Shown piece by piece: positions 21,234-32,076 of a DNA stretch of 64,000 nucleotides (positions are counted from its first letter, which is position 1; each line of letters starts with the position of its first letter). A model generated the notes under the pieces. That model did no database searches and was not told the origin of the DNA. It saw only the letters and a program-made list of their open reading frames with translations. The position numbers and the translations under genes were made by a program. Source of the DNA: Wickerhamiella versatilis (Eukaryota); contig JAQOWU010000008.1 of the NCBI GenBank assembly GCA_030867685.1, forward strand, positions 868,001 to 932,000, written 5' to 3'.

Positions 21234-22763
21234 ATGCTAGGCAAATTCATACCCATTGAGTCTACTGTGGACCTAATTACAGATGTGTGGAGCCATTGGA
21301 TGGGACGATGCTGGAAATATTTAAAGAAAAAAGATGAAAGCCAAAGGCTAATGGATCAGCTGAGCAGGGTTGATACTTTGGAGGAATGGCAAGATACTGC
21401 CGTGAAGATAGATGTTGAGCAAGGCCATGATTTGTGGAGACAGAATCCTGTGGATGACGAGTATGATTACAAGATGATAGCCTCTAGGCTTCGATTCATG
21501 CTGTTGGCTCATCGTAATAAGGATTACGACAAACTCGTGGACCTAATTCGATCGGGAACTATCAGAAATCTGGGGAGCTTGGCCTCTGAAAAATTATACA
21601 CCCATGCTTTGGCTGGAACGAAGTTGCTCATTGAGGATTATATCACAGAGGTGATACGGACCCTTGAATTTCTGAGGCGGGAAAAGAAGATGTCAGTTTT
21701 CTTCCGGGAAATCAAGCAAAGTTTTGGGCGAACAGCATTAATACTTCATGGGGGATCTCTTTTCGGGCTATGTCACCTTGGCGTTGTACGGGCTCTTATT
21801 CACGCAAGGATGCTTCCGAAGGTGATATCCGGCACTACTGTTGGGGCTGCGGTAGCCGCATTTGTGTGCGCGACTCCAATGGATAGTGTTCTAGAGGCAA
21901 TTGATGAAATTCCTGGAAGATTATCTGGGAATATGCCATCAGCGCCTAACGCAAGCATGATGATTCCTGTTGACATATTGTGGCCCGGGTTTCCACCAGA
22001 GCTGGTTCTATTTGAGCAGCACGTTCAGGACTGCCTGGGCAATATTACATTCGAGGAAGCCTACTCCATATCAGGGCGTGTCTTAAATATTACTATTCTA
22101 CCAAAGGAAAAAGGAACTCGACTTTTCAATTATCTGCTTACGCCAAAAGTACTTGTGCGAACAGCAGTCCGTGCATCAATGGGCGTGGTCAACGTGCAAT
22201 TATTAGCAAAGAATTACAAGGGCGAAATAATTCCATTCCAAGACGACGAAAATACCGCTTTTATTCCCGCAAACGTAAGTTCGTATCAAGAATCTTCTTA
22301 TCAGAGACTTTCAGAGCTTTTCAATGTGAATAACTACCTGGTTAGCGTTTCGCGGCCGTACCTTGCCTTTTTGTCTCAAGGATACGGCCAGCCACAACTC
22401 TTGCGACGAATAGCTGACCTTTGCCGCTTGTCAGCCCAGTATCGCATGGCTCAACTTGCCGAGTGGGGTCTTCTTCCGCGTACGGTGGAGGTGTTGGTGG
22501 TGGACGAGATAATTCGTGGTGGCTTTCAAATCAAGATTATTCCCGAGCCAGAGTCTGTTGTCCATGATATATTTACACTCTATGACTCTGGAGATATTGC
22601 TTCAAAGGTTGCATATTGGATAAAAATTGGTGAACGGGGGGTTTGGCCTCAACAGACAATAATCTGGGTACGAACGGCTATAGAGTTTTGCCTAGATGGT
22701 ATTAATGACGAAATTGACGTGAAAAATGGGAATGTTTCTGAATCAATGGTGCACCACTACTAA
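21234..22763 (+). CDS. TGL3: Patatin-domain triacylglycerol lipase, Tgl3-like
   Basis: GTKLLIEDYI, FGRTALILHGGSLFGLCHLGVV, TFEEAY, RLSELFNVN. First ATG is at 21234. Confidence 0.85.
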   Translation: MLGKFIPIESTVDLITDVWSHWMGRCWKYLKKKDESQRLMDQLSRVDTLEEWQDTAVKIDVEQGHDLWRQNPVDDEYDYKMIASRLRFMLLAHRNKDYDKLVDLIRSGTIRNLGSLASEKLYTHALAGTKLLIEDYITEVIRTLEFLRREKKMSVFFREIKQSFGRTALILHGGSLFGLCHLGVVRALIHARMLPKVISGTTVGAAVAAFVCATPMDSVLEAIDEIPGRLSGNMPSAPNASMMIPVDILWPGFPPELVLFEQHVQDCLGNITFEEAYSISGRVLNITILPKEKGTRLFNYLLTPKVLVRTAVRASMGVVNVQLLAKNYKGEIIPFQDDENTAFIPANVSSYQESSYQRLSELFNVNNYLVSVSRPYLAFLSQGYGQPQLLRRIADLCRLSAQYRMAQLAEWGLLPRTVEVLVVDEIIRGGFQIKIIPEPESVVHDIFTLYDSGDIASKVAYWIKIGERGVWPQQTIIWVRTAIEFCLDGINDEIDVKNGNVSESMVHHY

Positions 22764-22836
22764 GCTAAGCTTGATGATAGATAGACGGTAGTTCTGCTTA
22801 CATTAGATACTTCCTTGCCCCGATTCGTTGTCCTTT

Positions 22837-23247
22837 ATGAAATTTGGTGCACTGATAGCTGCTTTTGCAACCGCTGGATACGCTGTAGCAGCAGCAAGTG
22901 ATCAGCTGCGCATTGGGGTGCTACGTAAATCGCCTGATTGCACCGTCCGTGTAAGGAAGGGTGATGCGGTGGATATGCACTACGAAGGGCGTCTTGCCGA
23001 TGGCGAGGTTTTTGATAGCAGCTACAAGCGGGGTCAGCCTTTCCATCTTCAGGTAGGTGTGGGAATGGTAATAGAAGGCTGGGATAAAGGTGTCATGGGC
23101 ATGTGCCTGGGCGAGAAACGCAGACTGAGGATTCCACCGCAGCTTGGCTATGGTGAACGCGGGGCGGGCCCTATCCCGCCCAATTCTGAGCTCATTTTCG
23201 ATGTTGAGCTAATGGCAGTCAACGACATAGAAAAATCCGAGCTATAG
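22837..23247 (+). CDS. FPR2: ER FKBP-type peptidyl-prolyl isomerase
   Basis: Signal peptide, MHYEGRL, FDSSY, VIEGWDKG, ELIFDVEL, KSEL ER-retrieval-like end. Confidence 0.95.
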   Translation: MKFGALIAAFATAGYAVAAASDQLRIGVLRKSPDCTVRVRKGDAVDMHYEGRLADGEVFDSSYKRGQPFHLQVGVGMVIEGWDKGVMGMCLGEKRRLRIPPQLGYGERGAGPIPPNSELIFDVELMAVNDIEKSEL

Positions 23248-23314
23248 ATTCTAAATCTAGGACATTTGTAGATATAATGTAATGTAGCGTAGCGTAGTGT
23301 AGTCATCCTCACAT

Positions 23315-24025
23315 ATGATTTCTGTCAAAAGATTCCTAGCAAGTGGGAGCAGGATCGAACTTAGTGGCTCAGTGGAAAATGCACCATTGCTTGTAGTAGA
23401 CTCATCGTTCAATCCACCCCACCGGGCTCATGCTAAACTGGCACGCAGCGCGCGGCAAGAGTATCCCAATGGCATTATTGTGCTACTACTTTCGACTGGC
23501 AACGCCGACAAGCCATCTGTGGATCCCGAAATCTTGGAGACTCGGGTAGAGATGATGTCACTATTTGCTGAGGAGCTGGGACCCTCGACGGTCATAGGAC
23601 TGACAACAGAAGCTAAATTCATGGACAAGGCGGTGGCATTAACCTCCGCCTTTCCCTCCTGCAGCGTTGTATTTTCCGTTGGTTTTGACACTATGCTGCG
23701 GATGCTGGATCAAAAGTATTACACAGTGCCGGTTAGTACAGTTATGAACCAGCTGACTCGAATCGCATCTTTTATTGTGTTGACTCGGCGAGACGATGAA
23801 GTGTCTGGAACCCCTAAAATGGGAGAACTGAGTAGCCAAGCGCAGCTTTTGGAAAGAATCTGGCCTCAGTGGCAGAAGAGTGTAAAGCTGGTGGCAGCTG
23901 ATAATGAAACCGACGGAGTTTCCTCGTCACGGGCACGATCCACCCGCGCAGAGTTGACACGATGTTGCACCCCAAGGATTATCCAGTTCGTGACCGAACA
24001 TAATCTATATCCGAGCTCAAATTAA
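23315..24025 (+). CDS. POF1: Pof1-like nucleotidyltransferase (NMNAT-like)
   Basis: DSSFNPPHRAH, NADK, GFDTMLRMLDQKYY, VSSSRAR. Confidence 0.88.
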   Translation: MISVKRFLASGSRIELSGSVENAPLLVVDSSFNPPHRAHAKLARSARQEYPNGIIVLLLSTGNADKPSVDPEILETRVEMMSLFAEELGPSTVIGLTTEAKFMDKAVALTSAFPSCSVVFSVGFDTMLRMLDQKYYTVPVSTVMNQLTRIASFIVLTRRDDEVSGTPKMGELSSQAQLLERIWPQWQKSVKLVAADNETDGVSSSRARSTRAELTRCCTPRIIQFVTEHNLYPSSN

Positions 24026-24102
24026 GCATCTGCATTAATTTTAGGACTGCAAACATACTAATGATGTACATAAATTAGGATTGATGGATTGATGGAGTGA
24101 AT

Positions 24103-25338
24103 TTAAATGAGTTCCATGAGGAGGACCAAGAGACCACCGACCAAGCTGCCAGAGGCACCAACGAGAGCAGCGCCATTGGAAGACTCACTCGAGCCCTTGC
24201 CAGAGGCAGTTGCAGAAGCACCCTTTCCACCAGACTTACCAGTCTTGTCGGTGTTGGTGGCAACACTGGCAACACTCAACTGGGTGGAGACATCCTTCTG
24301 CTTACCAGTGCACACATAATGGTCTCCATGGAAGTCACCATTCTTGTGAGCGCTGTTAAATGCCGAACAGTTGAGCTCACCACTGGACTCGATAATCACA
24401 CCACCGGCAACCTCATCCAACTTGGGGAACGAAGCCTTGGAGAAGTTTCCGACGATGTTCACAGCACCGCCAATGGACTCAAGGTTGTCAAAGCCACTGA
24501 CGACTCTCAGTCCAGTGTTGTTTGCAATAGTGAGACCGCCCTTAATCTTGGACACGTTCGAGAAGGTGATGTTCGACAAGTGCGAGTTGGACGAAAGCTC
24601 GAGGTCTCCACCAATGCTTTCGAGCTTGGGGAACTTGAGGCCCTTCATAGTATTGTTGACGAAACTCAGACTGGTAACGTTTTCGAGGTTTGGAATACTG
24701 ACATCGGAGCAGAAACGGAACGTCGCATTAGATGCCCACTGCAAGTATGGCAACGAAACGCTGACCTCTGCGGCATTATAAGAGATATCGAGCTGATCAG
24801 AGATCGAATGCGCGTCAACGGTGATGTTCTGAATATTCTTGTTGTTGTTAATGTTTAAGGTGGAGACAGAAGACAGATTAAGGCCCTCAAGGGACTTGAG
24901 CTGGGTATCACTGATGACGATGTGCTTAGCATCACCGACACCGTGATTGAACTGGAGCTCCTGCAAAGCAGGGAGTGTCGTGAAACTAATGGAATTAACC
25001 TCCGCCAACTGAGGCATCGAAAGGGTATCCAAGACAGTCAAGGCTTGTAGCTTGAGCGTGCCATTAATGGTTTGCAGGGACTGGGCCTGGAAAGAGCCAA
25101 GGTTCGTGCAGTTAAACATGTGCAAGTCACCGCTAATAGACTGGACTTCGTTCAAGCTCAGAGTATTAGCATCGGAGTTGAAAACCTGAATATCACCATC
25201 GTATGAGGTGCACGACGAGATTCCATCAAGATCCGACTGGCTGGTAACATTCAAAGTACCAGAGCAACTATTATCAGCACGAACGCCAGAAGCCACCAGG
25301 GCAACAGACACAAGCTTCAGAAATGAGGTGACAGCCAT
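24103..25338 (-). CDS. ECM33: GPI-anchored cell-wall protein, Ecm33/Pst1 family
   Basis: Signal peptide, receptor-L-domain-like repeats, IVISDTQLKSLEG, C-terminal GPI signal (NGAA plus hydrophobic tail). Confidence 0.93.
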   Translation of the reverse strand: MAVTSFLKLVSVALVASGVRADNSCSGTLNVTSQSDLDGISSCTSYDGDIQVFNSDANTLSLNEVQSISGDLHMFNCTNLGSFQAQSLQTINGTLKLQALTVLDTLSMPQLAEVNSISFTTLPALQELQFNHGVGDAKHIVISDTQLKSLEGLNLSSVSTLNINNNKNIQNITVDAHSISDQLDISYNAAEVSVSLPYLQWASNATFRFCSDVSIPNLENVTSLSFVNNTMKGLKFPKLESIGGDLELSSNSHLSNITFSNVSKIKGGLTIANNTGLRVVSGFDNLESIGGAVNIVGNFSKASFPKLDEVAGGVIIESSGELNCSAFNSAHKNGDFHGDHYVCTGKQKDVSTQLSVASVATNTDKTGKSGGKGASATASGKGSSESSNGAALVGASGSLVGGLLVLLMELI

Positions 25339-26388
25339 GCAGGACGAAACGAATGAAGGGGAGTTGTCTCTTATAAGGTAAGCACGTCTTACTGCATCTG
25401 TGAACTTCGCCCCCTCCGAACATGCACCATTACCCGGATTATGCGATGATGTCAGCCACCTGCGGAAAGAGGGTATTTGAGGAATATGAGACAGGTAAGT
25501 ACCATAGTCGGTGCACGCGCATTATAGAGGTATTTTCCATTTAAGGACGTGTAAAACTATACAACTTAGGAAGGTATCTTATTATTTCACTAACATATTG
25601 GAGTAACAGGTCTCGATTCATTTTTTCGCATACGTCAAACCTAACCTTCATACTACCTGCCACCGCTGGTTTTTCATACGTGAGATGGCTGGTTTTCGGA
25701 TTTCAAGGGTCGCGACCCTTGGACTTTTAAACGGTATTTACATTCTTGCTCATTGTTACACGACTGTTAATTTTCTCAATACAGTTGGGGCGCGTAGATG
25801 GCCATAAGCTATTTTTATCCGTATTGTGGAATATACTGGTAAATAACCCTCACCCTGGAAATAGTAAGGTCAACAAATATTGCCATGGCAATCATAATAA
25901 ACAAACAATATTTACACCAGGGTGTTACCACTATACGAGTAGTATAATCGGTCTGGACAGTGTTTGGGAGTACAGTCTCGGTAGCCCATGGTGTTTGGAG
26001 GCTCTAAAAATATTTTTAGATAAAAATACCCCTGCAAGGTTGGGTTTGCAGATGGAGCAGCGAACTAAGTATAGCGAGGTTTGAGATAGCGTGGGAAACA
26101 GCACGTAGGGTTAAGTGACAGTATTGATAAAATTAATAAAGGACTGACGACAGAGGACCGACAAACGATATCTTACTTTCTGGATGATTCTAAAGGGATG
26201 GCTATGCCAATAGTCACTAGATTTGGTTTTGGGATAAGAAACATAGCTGTTTCAGACTGAAAATCAGAACATACCAACAGATATCATATCACTTTTTATA
26301 GGAGCTATAAGTAGAACGCAGCAAAGTGACCTAAATAGATCACCTATTAACTTAGAGGCGCTAATTTAGGAAAGATTGCTCGCTATAT

Positions 26389-26418
26389 ATATATGTGTAT
26401 ATATATATACACATATAT
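26389..26418. repeat. 30-bp perfect AT-rich palindrome 3' of NIT3
   Basis: ATATATGTGTATATATATATACACATATAT is its own reverse complement. Confidence 0.8.
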
Positions 26419-26430
26419 GCACGCACGAAG

Positions 26431-27270
26431 TTACTTACTGACGTCAGGATAAAGATCAAACCTGCGTTGAGTGGACACGGGGATCGAGGACCGGACTTCG
26501 TTGATAACGCTAGGATCCAATTCTGCATACACGATCTGTTCCTTCTCCTCAGCCTCACACAGGATGTTGCCCCAGGGGCTCACTGCCAGGGAATGGCCAT
26601 AGGCATGATAACTAGAACTTAAGTCCCTTGCCGGTGAATCAAGAATAACGAAGATCTGATTGTCCACGGCACGACTACGTGCAAGTAGCTCCCAATGAAG
26701 AGGGCCTGTTGTGGTGTTGAATGCACCTGGATAAATCATTGCAAAAGCCCCCTTGCGAGCCGCCCGCATCGCTAATTCCGGAAATCTAATATCATAGCAA
26801 ATTCCGAGACCCACTTTGCCATACCCTTCGAGATTGATAAGGGTCTCCGTGTTACCGGGGGAAAGCACCTCACTCTCCACAAACCTGATTTTTCCAGGTA
26901 CGTCAATATCGAATAGATGAATTTTGCGGTGTTTGGCCAACAGGTTTCCTGTGGGGTCAAACGATATGCTGGTGTTGTACAATTTCGAGTCTTCGCGTTC
27001 TGGTATAGAGCCACCAATAAGGAACACACTATTGCTTTTCGCTGCCTCAGCTAGTGCGTTGGTCGTTGGTCCCGGGATTGACTCCGCATATTCTGGGAAT
27101 GCCGCCACAGAGTACGGGCTGTTCCAGCATTCGGGCAACACTATGAGCTTTGCGCCGGCCTGGGCAGCCAGTCCTATTTTGGAAATCGCATTGGAAACAT
27201 TTCGTGCCTTATCTGCTGTTGTTGCAAGCTGTACAAGTGCAACTTTTAGCGGCTGCTTCAGGACAGACAT
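26431..27270 (-). CDS. NIT3: Omega-amidase (nitrilase superfamily)
   Basis: LPECWNSPY, HRKIHLFDID, GICYDIRFPE, AFNTTTGPLHW. ATG at 27270. Confidence 0.93.
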   Translation of the reverse strand: MSVLKQPLKVALVQLATTADKARNVSNAISKIGLAAQAGAKLIVLPECWNSPYSVAAFPEYAESIPGPTTNALAEAAKSNSVFLIGGSIPEREDSKLYNTSISFDPTGNLLAKHRKIHLFDIDVPGKIRFVESEVLSPGNTETLINLEGYGKVGLGICYDIRFPELAMRAARKGAFAMIYPGAFNTTTGPLHWELLARSRAVDNQIFVILDSPARDLSSSYHAYGHSLAVSPWGNILCEAEEKEQIVYAELDPSVINEVRSSIPVSTQRRFDLYPDVSK

Positions 27271-27592
27271 GACGTGTGTCACAGCTATCAGGCTGTGAAC
27301 CCTAGCCTGATATGATTTGTAGTATAAGTGTCTGGCCTAATGTTAGTGACTTTGCCTGCTAATTTGTGGCTGGGGTGGGCTTATGAAAGGATAATTTAAT
27401 GAGAATTACCCATTATCAATTCAAAGGCCATTCCTAGAATGTTATACCCTTGTTGCTAGGCTCTTTTCTTGTTGGTGAGAGTGAATGTATTATTTGACTA
27501 AAGACATATATATTATTATGAGGTTAGACGACCATACGTACTATCAATTATTAGAAAAAGGTCTTGAGATGAATAAATTAAATATTGACTTG

Positions 27593-30500
27593 CTAGACTC
27601 GCTTCCTGTGCAACTGGAGAAAAGTCTCTTGGGCCTGATTAAGTCCAGCAGGAGACTCCGGCGGCACGGAAGCACCATTGATGATCAAGACCGCAGCACA
27701 TGGGAATATGTGTGCATCCGGTGGAGCACAGCGCAAAGCATATATTACCATTGGCTCATCCTCGTCACTGCGACCATTCGGATTGGCTCGGGCCGCAAGT
27801 GCTGCCGACATTTTGACAACATCCTGCTCCGCAATAGCTCGTCGTAGAACTGTATTGGGTTTCTCCAGTTCCTGGATCCACTGTTTTTCCACGTACTTTT
27901 CACCAATGAACCTCAACCGCGAATTTCCCGAAAACTGGTGGGGTCGAGACTCCGGTGAGAGCTTGGCCTCCCATATAGCGTTCATCTGGTCGTTAGAGAC
28001 CCTTGTAAAAGCTGCCAATAGATCCTGGGTGAACGAGGACGTATCCAGGCGCAGGCTACGGATTTTAGATATGTGGGACCCAAGCGAACGGTGGGCACCT
28101 GAGCAATCTATGCAAAGAACCATGAATAGGTTGATAGACACCCATTCCACCGATCTAGAGCTATTACAATCAGCGCAGCGCCTATTGGAGGGGATCATTA
28201 ATATTTTTGCCGTTGAGTCCGGAAGACCCTCGATGGGTATGGCTGATTGTGGTCCTACGGGTGGAGGGCTGTAAATACCCCCACCGTTTGGAATGATTGA
28301 TGCTGTGGCCGGTGCAGGCTGGGGCGAATGCAACTCTAAATTGGCACCACCGCCCTGTCCCATATGAGTGGATATGGGAGGGACGCGGGGCCGATGCTCG
28401 GATCTCAATGAGAGCTTCCGGGTTAATACATCCAGCTTTTTGTCTTTGTCTCGTTTAGCCACATGTAGGTCGCCCTGCGATCCTGTGCTAGTTGTACGAT
28501 GCTCTATGGAGTGAGAAATGCTTCGTGATATTACAGCAATCCAAGAATGCATATCCTCATCAGAGGTTGCCTGGTACACCCGCTTGTAATGCGGGGTGAC
28601 AACCTCAAAGCAGAACCGCCGATCTGCGGCTCGTGCCTCACGCACAGTGGCCAATTGTAAGTTTATCGGTTCATTATGCAGGTCCAGATCCTCACCTTGC
28701 TTCCAATTGGTGTACTCACATATGCGCCCATTTTCCTGGACAACCCAGTATTTATGCCACTTAATTCCCTGCTGCTTCAACTGGTTTTGTTCCTGGAAGC
28801 CCGAAGGACGGTTTGATGCCCAGAGCAGACCCTCTTTTCTCGGCTCCTCGTCATCGGTGTCGCTGTGGAGACCCATCGACGGCGAGCCCGGATCCGTAAT
28901 CGTTTTCTCCGCGGGAAGCATCTCGGAGCTTAGATTTATGTCGTCAGGCAGTGTGCCATCCGCAGAATTTGCAATCATCCGGCGGTGTGCGGCACGCTCC
29001 ATCCGGTGCTGGGACCAGAACTTCGCGGCGTCCTTCATGTCGTCGACAACATGGTCTATGCTAGGCCTAACGCGGTTTTTCACCTCCTGTCCCAATGCAA
29101 TCTGAGAGTCGCTTATGCTTTGGGCATACTTTGCAATTTGAAGAACGGTGTCCTGCAGCTTGCTACCGCCATGCGTATCTAACAGATATTGGTAGTAGTC
29201 GAACCGCAATAGCTCAAATGCCCGTCTCTTCTCGGCATACTTTGCATCCCCAGTATCGTGCTGCTTGTCCTTGTCCTTCTTGGACAAGTACTTCGAAAGA
29301 TATGAGTAAAATTGGGAGGTTTCATCGTCAAACTCGCGCTTGCGAAGTTCGAAATTCTTCACCTCGTTTTCATAGAGTTTGCGCAGTGGCTCAATGACGT
29401 GGTTCGTTAGCTCCGTCATGGCTAATTTCCGCTGACGCTGGGTTGCACTGAGACCACCAGACTCGTTTCGATTAAACCAGAGGGAAATGGGCCGCAATGA
29501 CGGGATATCCATGTCCCCAGCCCCCACGATGGCGGAACCAAACCACTGATCAGCCTCGATGAGGCCCTGTAATCGCTCGCGGGTAAAAATAGCCCGCTTC
29601 AGCAATTGCTTGATCCGGATTTTCATTGACACAGAATGTCTCTCCATGGCGGCAATTTTGCTACGGAACATCGGTCCCTCCTCATGTGTCATGAGGTGGA
29701 TCCCACTGGGCCGCTCCGCAAGAGGCGTCTCCACTACATTGCGGGAACTGGCATGCAAGACATTAGGTCCTGGGGTACTTGGACCAGATTGGGAAGCCGC
29801 GGGCTGTGAAGCGGCAGGTGCAGGTGCTGGGAAAGATGAATTGCTGGGCTGAGAAGATGTCGGGGAATCTCCAGAATGCTGCGTACCAGCATTTGAGCCA
29901 GTGCTAGTGCCAGCACCCGAACCCGCAGCAGTGGCCGAAAACATAGTGTTGTCCCGTGGAGGCGGCTGGACAGGGCTTAAAATGTTGAAAGCGCCGTATT
30001 TCGTGGTCAATCCACCATCCTCGGGCCTCTCGGTGATCCAGAAAGCACCACCAGCCAGCGGCCATAACTTATGCTCGTCCTTTGCGTATTCGCAGAAGCA
30101 GAAATGGATCGGCCAGCCCCCAATCCGCTCGACATGCGGCTCCCAGTTCCAGCAGAAGTCGCGCTGCACGATTGTGGGGACAACATAGTTGTGGGAGCTG
30201 AAGTCCCCCAGGAACACCACGTTGTCCTCGTCCTGGATATTGGGATTCTGCAGCAGTTCTGTGGACATGAACGACTCAAGCTCCTGGAAACTAGATGCCG
30301 TGACAAATGTCAAGTTAGATACACCAGGCTGCTGCGGACCGAGCTTTATATTTAGTCGGAACTTGAACATGATCGACGGAAGGTACGATACACTGAGAAC
30401 CATGGCCTCTGTCTCTGGATCCTGAATGAATGCAAGCGGCCGCCCGTCACCACGACGGGCCGAAAGCTTTGGTTTGTTCTCCACCTGTTCGTGGTAAACG

Positions 30501-30658
30501 CTGACGATCGGCGTGACACCGGTTGGGTCAGAGGCTGGGGGGACCAACCCAGTCTGTTCGCCATCGTTGGGACTCGCCAGCGCCTGGGAAATGCGGAACC
30601 GGTCGGGATTTATGCTATAGGCGCCATCAGGTCTGACGCGCGAGCTCACCTGGCCCAT
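27593..30658 (-). CDS. ArfGAP with BAR and PH domains (centaurin-beta/Age1-like)
   Basis: MGQVSS myristoylation-like start, BAR region, PH domain (KWHKYWVV...RRFCFEVVTP), ArfGAP zinc finger CADC...CIDCSGAHRSLG, ankyrin-like tail. Confidence 0.9.
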   Translation of the reverse strand: MGQVSSRVRPDGAYSINPDRFRISQALASPNDGEQTGLVPPASDPTGVTPIVSVYHEQVENKPKLSARRGDGRPLAFIQDPETEAMVLSVSYLPSIMFKFRLNIKLGPQQPGVSNLTFVTASSFQELESFMSTELLQNPNIQDEDNVVFLGDFSSHNYVVPTIVQRDFCWNWEPHVERIGGWPIHFCFCEYAKDEHKLWPLAGGAFWITERPEDGGLTTKYGAFNILSPVQPPPRDNTMFSATAAGSGAGTSTGSNAGTQHSGDSPTSSQPSNSSFPAPAPAASQPAASQSGPSTPGPNVLHASSRNVVETPLAERPSGIHLMTHEEGPMFRSKIAAMERHSVSMKIRIKQLLKRAIFTRERLQGLIEADQWFGSAIVGAGDMDIPSLRPISLWFNRNESGGLSATQRQRKLAMTELTNHVIEPLRKLYENEVKNFELRKREFDDETSQFYSYLSKYLSKKDKDKQHDTGDAKYAEKRRAFELLRFDYYQYLLDTHGGSKLQDTVLQIAKYAQSISDSQIALGQEVKNRVRPSIDHVVDDMKDAAKFWSQHRMERAAHRRMIANSADGTLPDDINLSSEMLPAEKTITDPGSPSMGLHSDTDDEEPRKEGLLWASNRPSGFQEQNQLKQQGIKWHKYWVVQENGRICEYTNWKQGEDLDLHNEPINLQLATVREARAADRRFCFEVVTPHYKRVYQATSDEDMHSWIAVISRSISHSIEHRTTSTGSQGDLHVAKRDKDKKLDVLTRKLSLRSEHRPRVPPISTHMGQGGGANLELHSPQPAPATASIIPNGGGIYSPPPVGPQSAIPIEGLPDSTAKILMIPSNRRCADCNSSRSVEWVSINLFMVLCIDCSGAHRSLGSHISKIRSLRLDTSSFTQDLLAAFTRVSNDQMNAIWEAKLSPESRPHQFSGNSRLRFIGEKYVEKQWIQELEKPNTVLRRAIAEQDVVKMSAALAARANPNGRSDEDEPMVIYALRCAPPDAHIFPCAAVLIINGASVPPESPAGLNQAQETFLQLHRKRV

Positions 30659-31179
30659 GTTCAGACGTCAACGAAATTCTGCACAGTCAGCAGGACTAGC
30701 CGTCACATCAGCAGCACATCAGCAGCAGAGTCAAAGTCCGATTCAGACCCTTCCAGGAGAATTTGAACAGTGGCAACTAAAAAGACATAGCCTAAAGAAC
30801 ATATTGATTAAGGGTAGCGAAAAAATCCAAACCATCATATCTACCAATCGACTGACCAACCAAGTCGGCCAACTAACCAAAAATGAAATAAAACGCTGCA
30901 TCATGGGCGCATTGACGACCGCATAACACACACACATATACATATACATATAATAACATACCGCATCGGCAAAGACCGATTATCTCCATTCGTCAGATTG
31001 CTGACTACTATAGCAAAATTAGAACAGCCATGACTCTGTTACCGCTGGGTACAGATCTGGTTGGTTTTCCTTCACGTTTTTCATAATTAACTACTACACT
31101 ACAATACTAGCAAATTAAGCAGAGTTGAACTTTGAAAAGTGACTTTGCGTTTCGCGCTAAACTTTGGGATACACTCTCC

Positions 31180-31344
31180 TTACAGAAGGAAGGCGGCGGC
31201 GCCGACGACGGCACCAACAGCGCCCATAGCGCCAATGTTAGCGGCGGCAGGAGCGGCGCCACCAGTGCTGGCGCTGCTGGAGTTGGAGGAGTTCTGGGCA
31301 ACTGCGGAGGCGATAAGGGCAACAGAGGCAACGGTAAACTTCAT
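31180..31344 (-). CDS. 54-aa GPI micro-protein, Hor7/Ddr2-like
   Basis: Below the ORF-track cutoff. MKFTVASVALIASAVAQNSSNSSSASTGGAAPAAANIGAMGAVGAVVGAAAFLL, with strong codon bias and TATATA about 40 nt upstream. Confidence 0.88.
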   Translation of the reverse strand: MKFTVASVALIASAVAQNSSNSSSASTGGAAPAAANIGAMGAVGAVVGAAAFLL

Positions 31345-31630
31345 TATTGAGATGGGGAAATACCACCATGAGTGCAGAACTATATAGTTTCCAAAGGTGG
31401 GTTAGGGTCCCCAGCAAGATGATACCATTTTAGTAACTTACAAACACCAAATGAGGTAATGTGGGTATGGGGTTGCTAAGGCGGCCTGCACCGCCTCTCA
31501 GAACGCTGATTCGCATGCGTTCCACAGACTTCGAATGCTAGATACGCGCTATAATCTGGCAATTTTAGTGTGTCTAAGGCTTCAGGCATATTTTATCGTG
31601 AATCCATTTGCTTTTTTTACTATCTGCGCT

Positions 31631-31677
31631 GCCCCCCTTAATACGCCGCCTGCTGACGCATACCTGCCGAGGGGGGC
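31631..31677. promoter_or_regulatory. Inverted pair of STRE (CCCCT/AGGGG) elements upstream of the Hor7/Ddr2-like gene
   Basis: GCCCCCCT (31631-38) and AGGGGGGC (31670-77) form an 8-bp inverted repeat flanking TGACG. Confidence 0.45.
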
Positions 31678-32076
31678 GTGGGCTGCGCCAAGAAAGTGAT
31701 CACTGAGGCTGATCTATCGCCCGGATTAACAGCTCTGGATTGATATAGCATGCAACCTACCCAATTATAACCGTTAGTTTTATTTTGCTAGACGTATCTA
31801 CAAAAGCTCCTGATGGTATGGCTCGCTGCATACCGAGACATCTTCGCAGAAACTCGCGCATACATGAAACATGGCTTATATCCTATCACAGACCACTGAA
31901 TGCTCTGATAGATAAAACGTGAGAAGCTAATAGATAAAGATAGAGGCAAGCCAATGTTTAATCGAAAAAAGAATAAAAATATAGTAGGTCTTCGCCTATT
32001 ACACTATATAAACAAAACTACACACAATTAAACGCTCGGAGCGATAATACCACAAATGCTGATGGTCTTAAACTGC

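Noticed and set aside
24097-24858. 253-aa antisense ORF over ECM33, and similar antisense ORFs over DED1, the ArfGAP and MDH1
   Set aside because: Shadow ORFs produced by the codon bias of the sense gene; no recognisable motifs.
25370-25501. ACTTACCTG on the minus strand, resembling the U1 snRNA 5' end
   Set aside because: No U1-70K loop, AUUGCAC loop or Sm site follows; it lies in the ECM33 promoter.
26340-26440. GTAAGT donor overlapping the NIT3 stop, with a downstream CGC-CTC-TAA suggesting a cryptic peroxisomal SRL isoform
   Set aside because: No GT-AG combination I tried puts S-R-L-stop in frame, and there is no good branch point.
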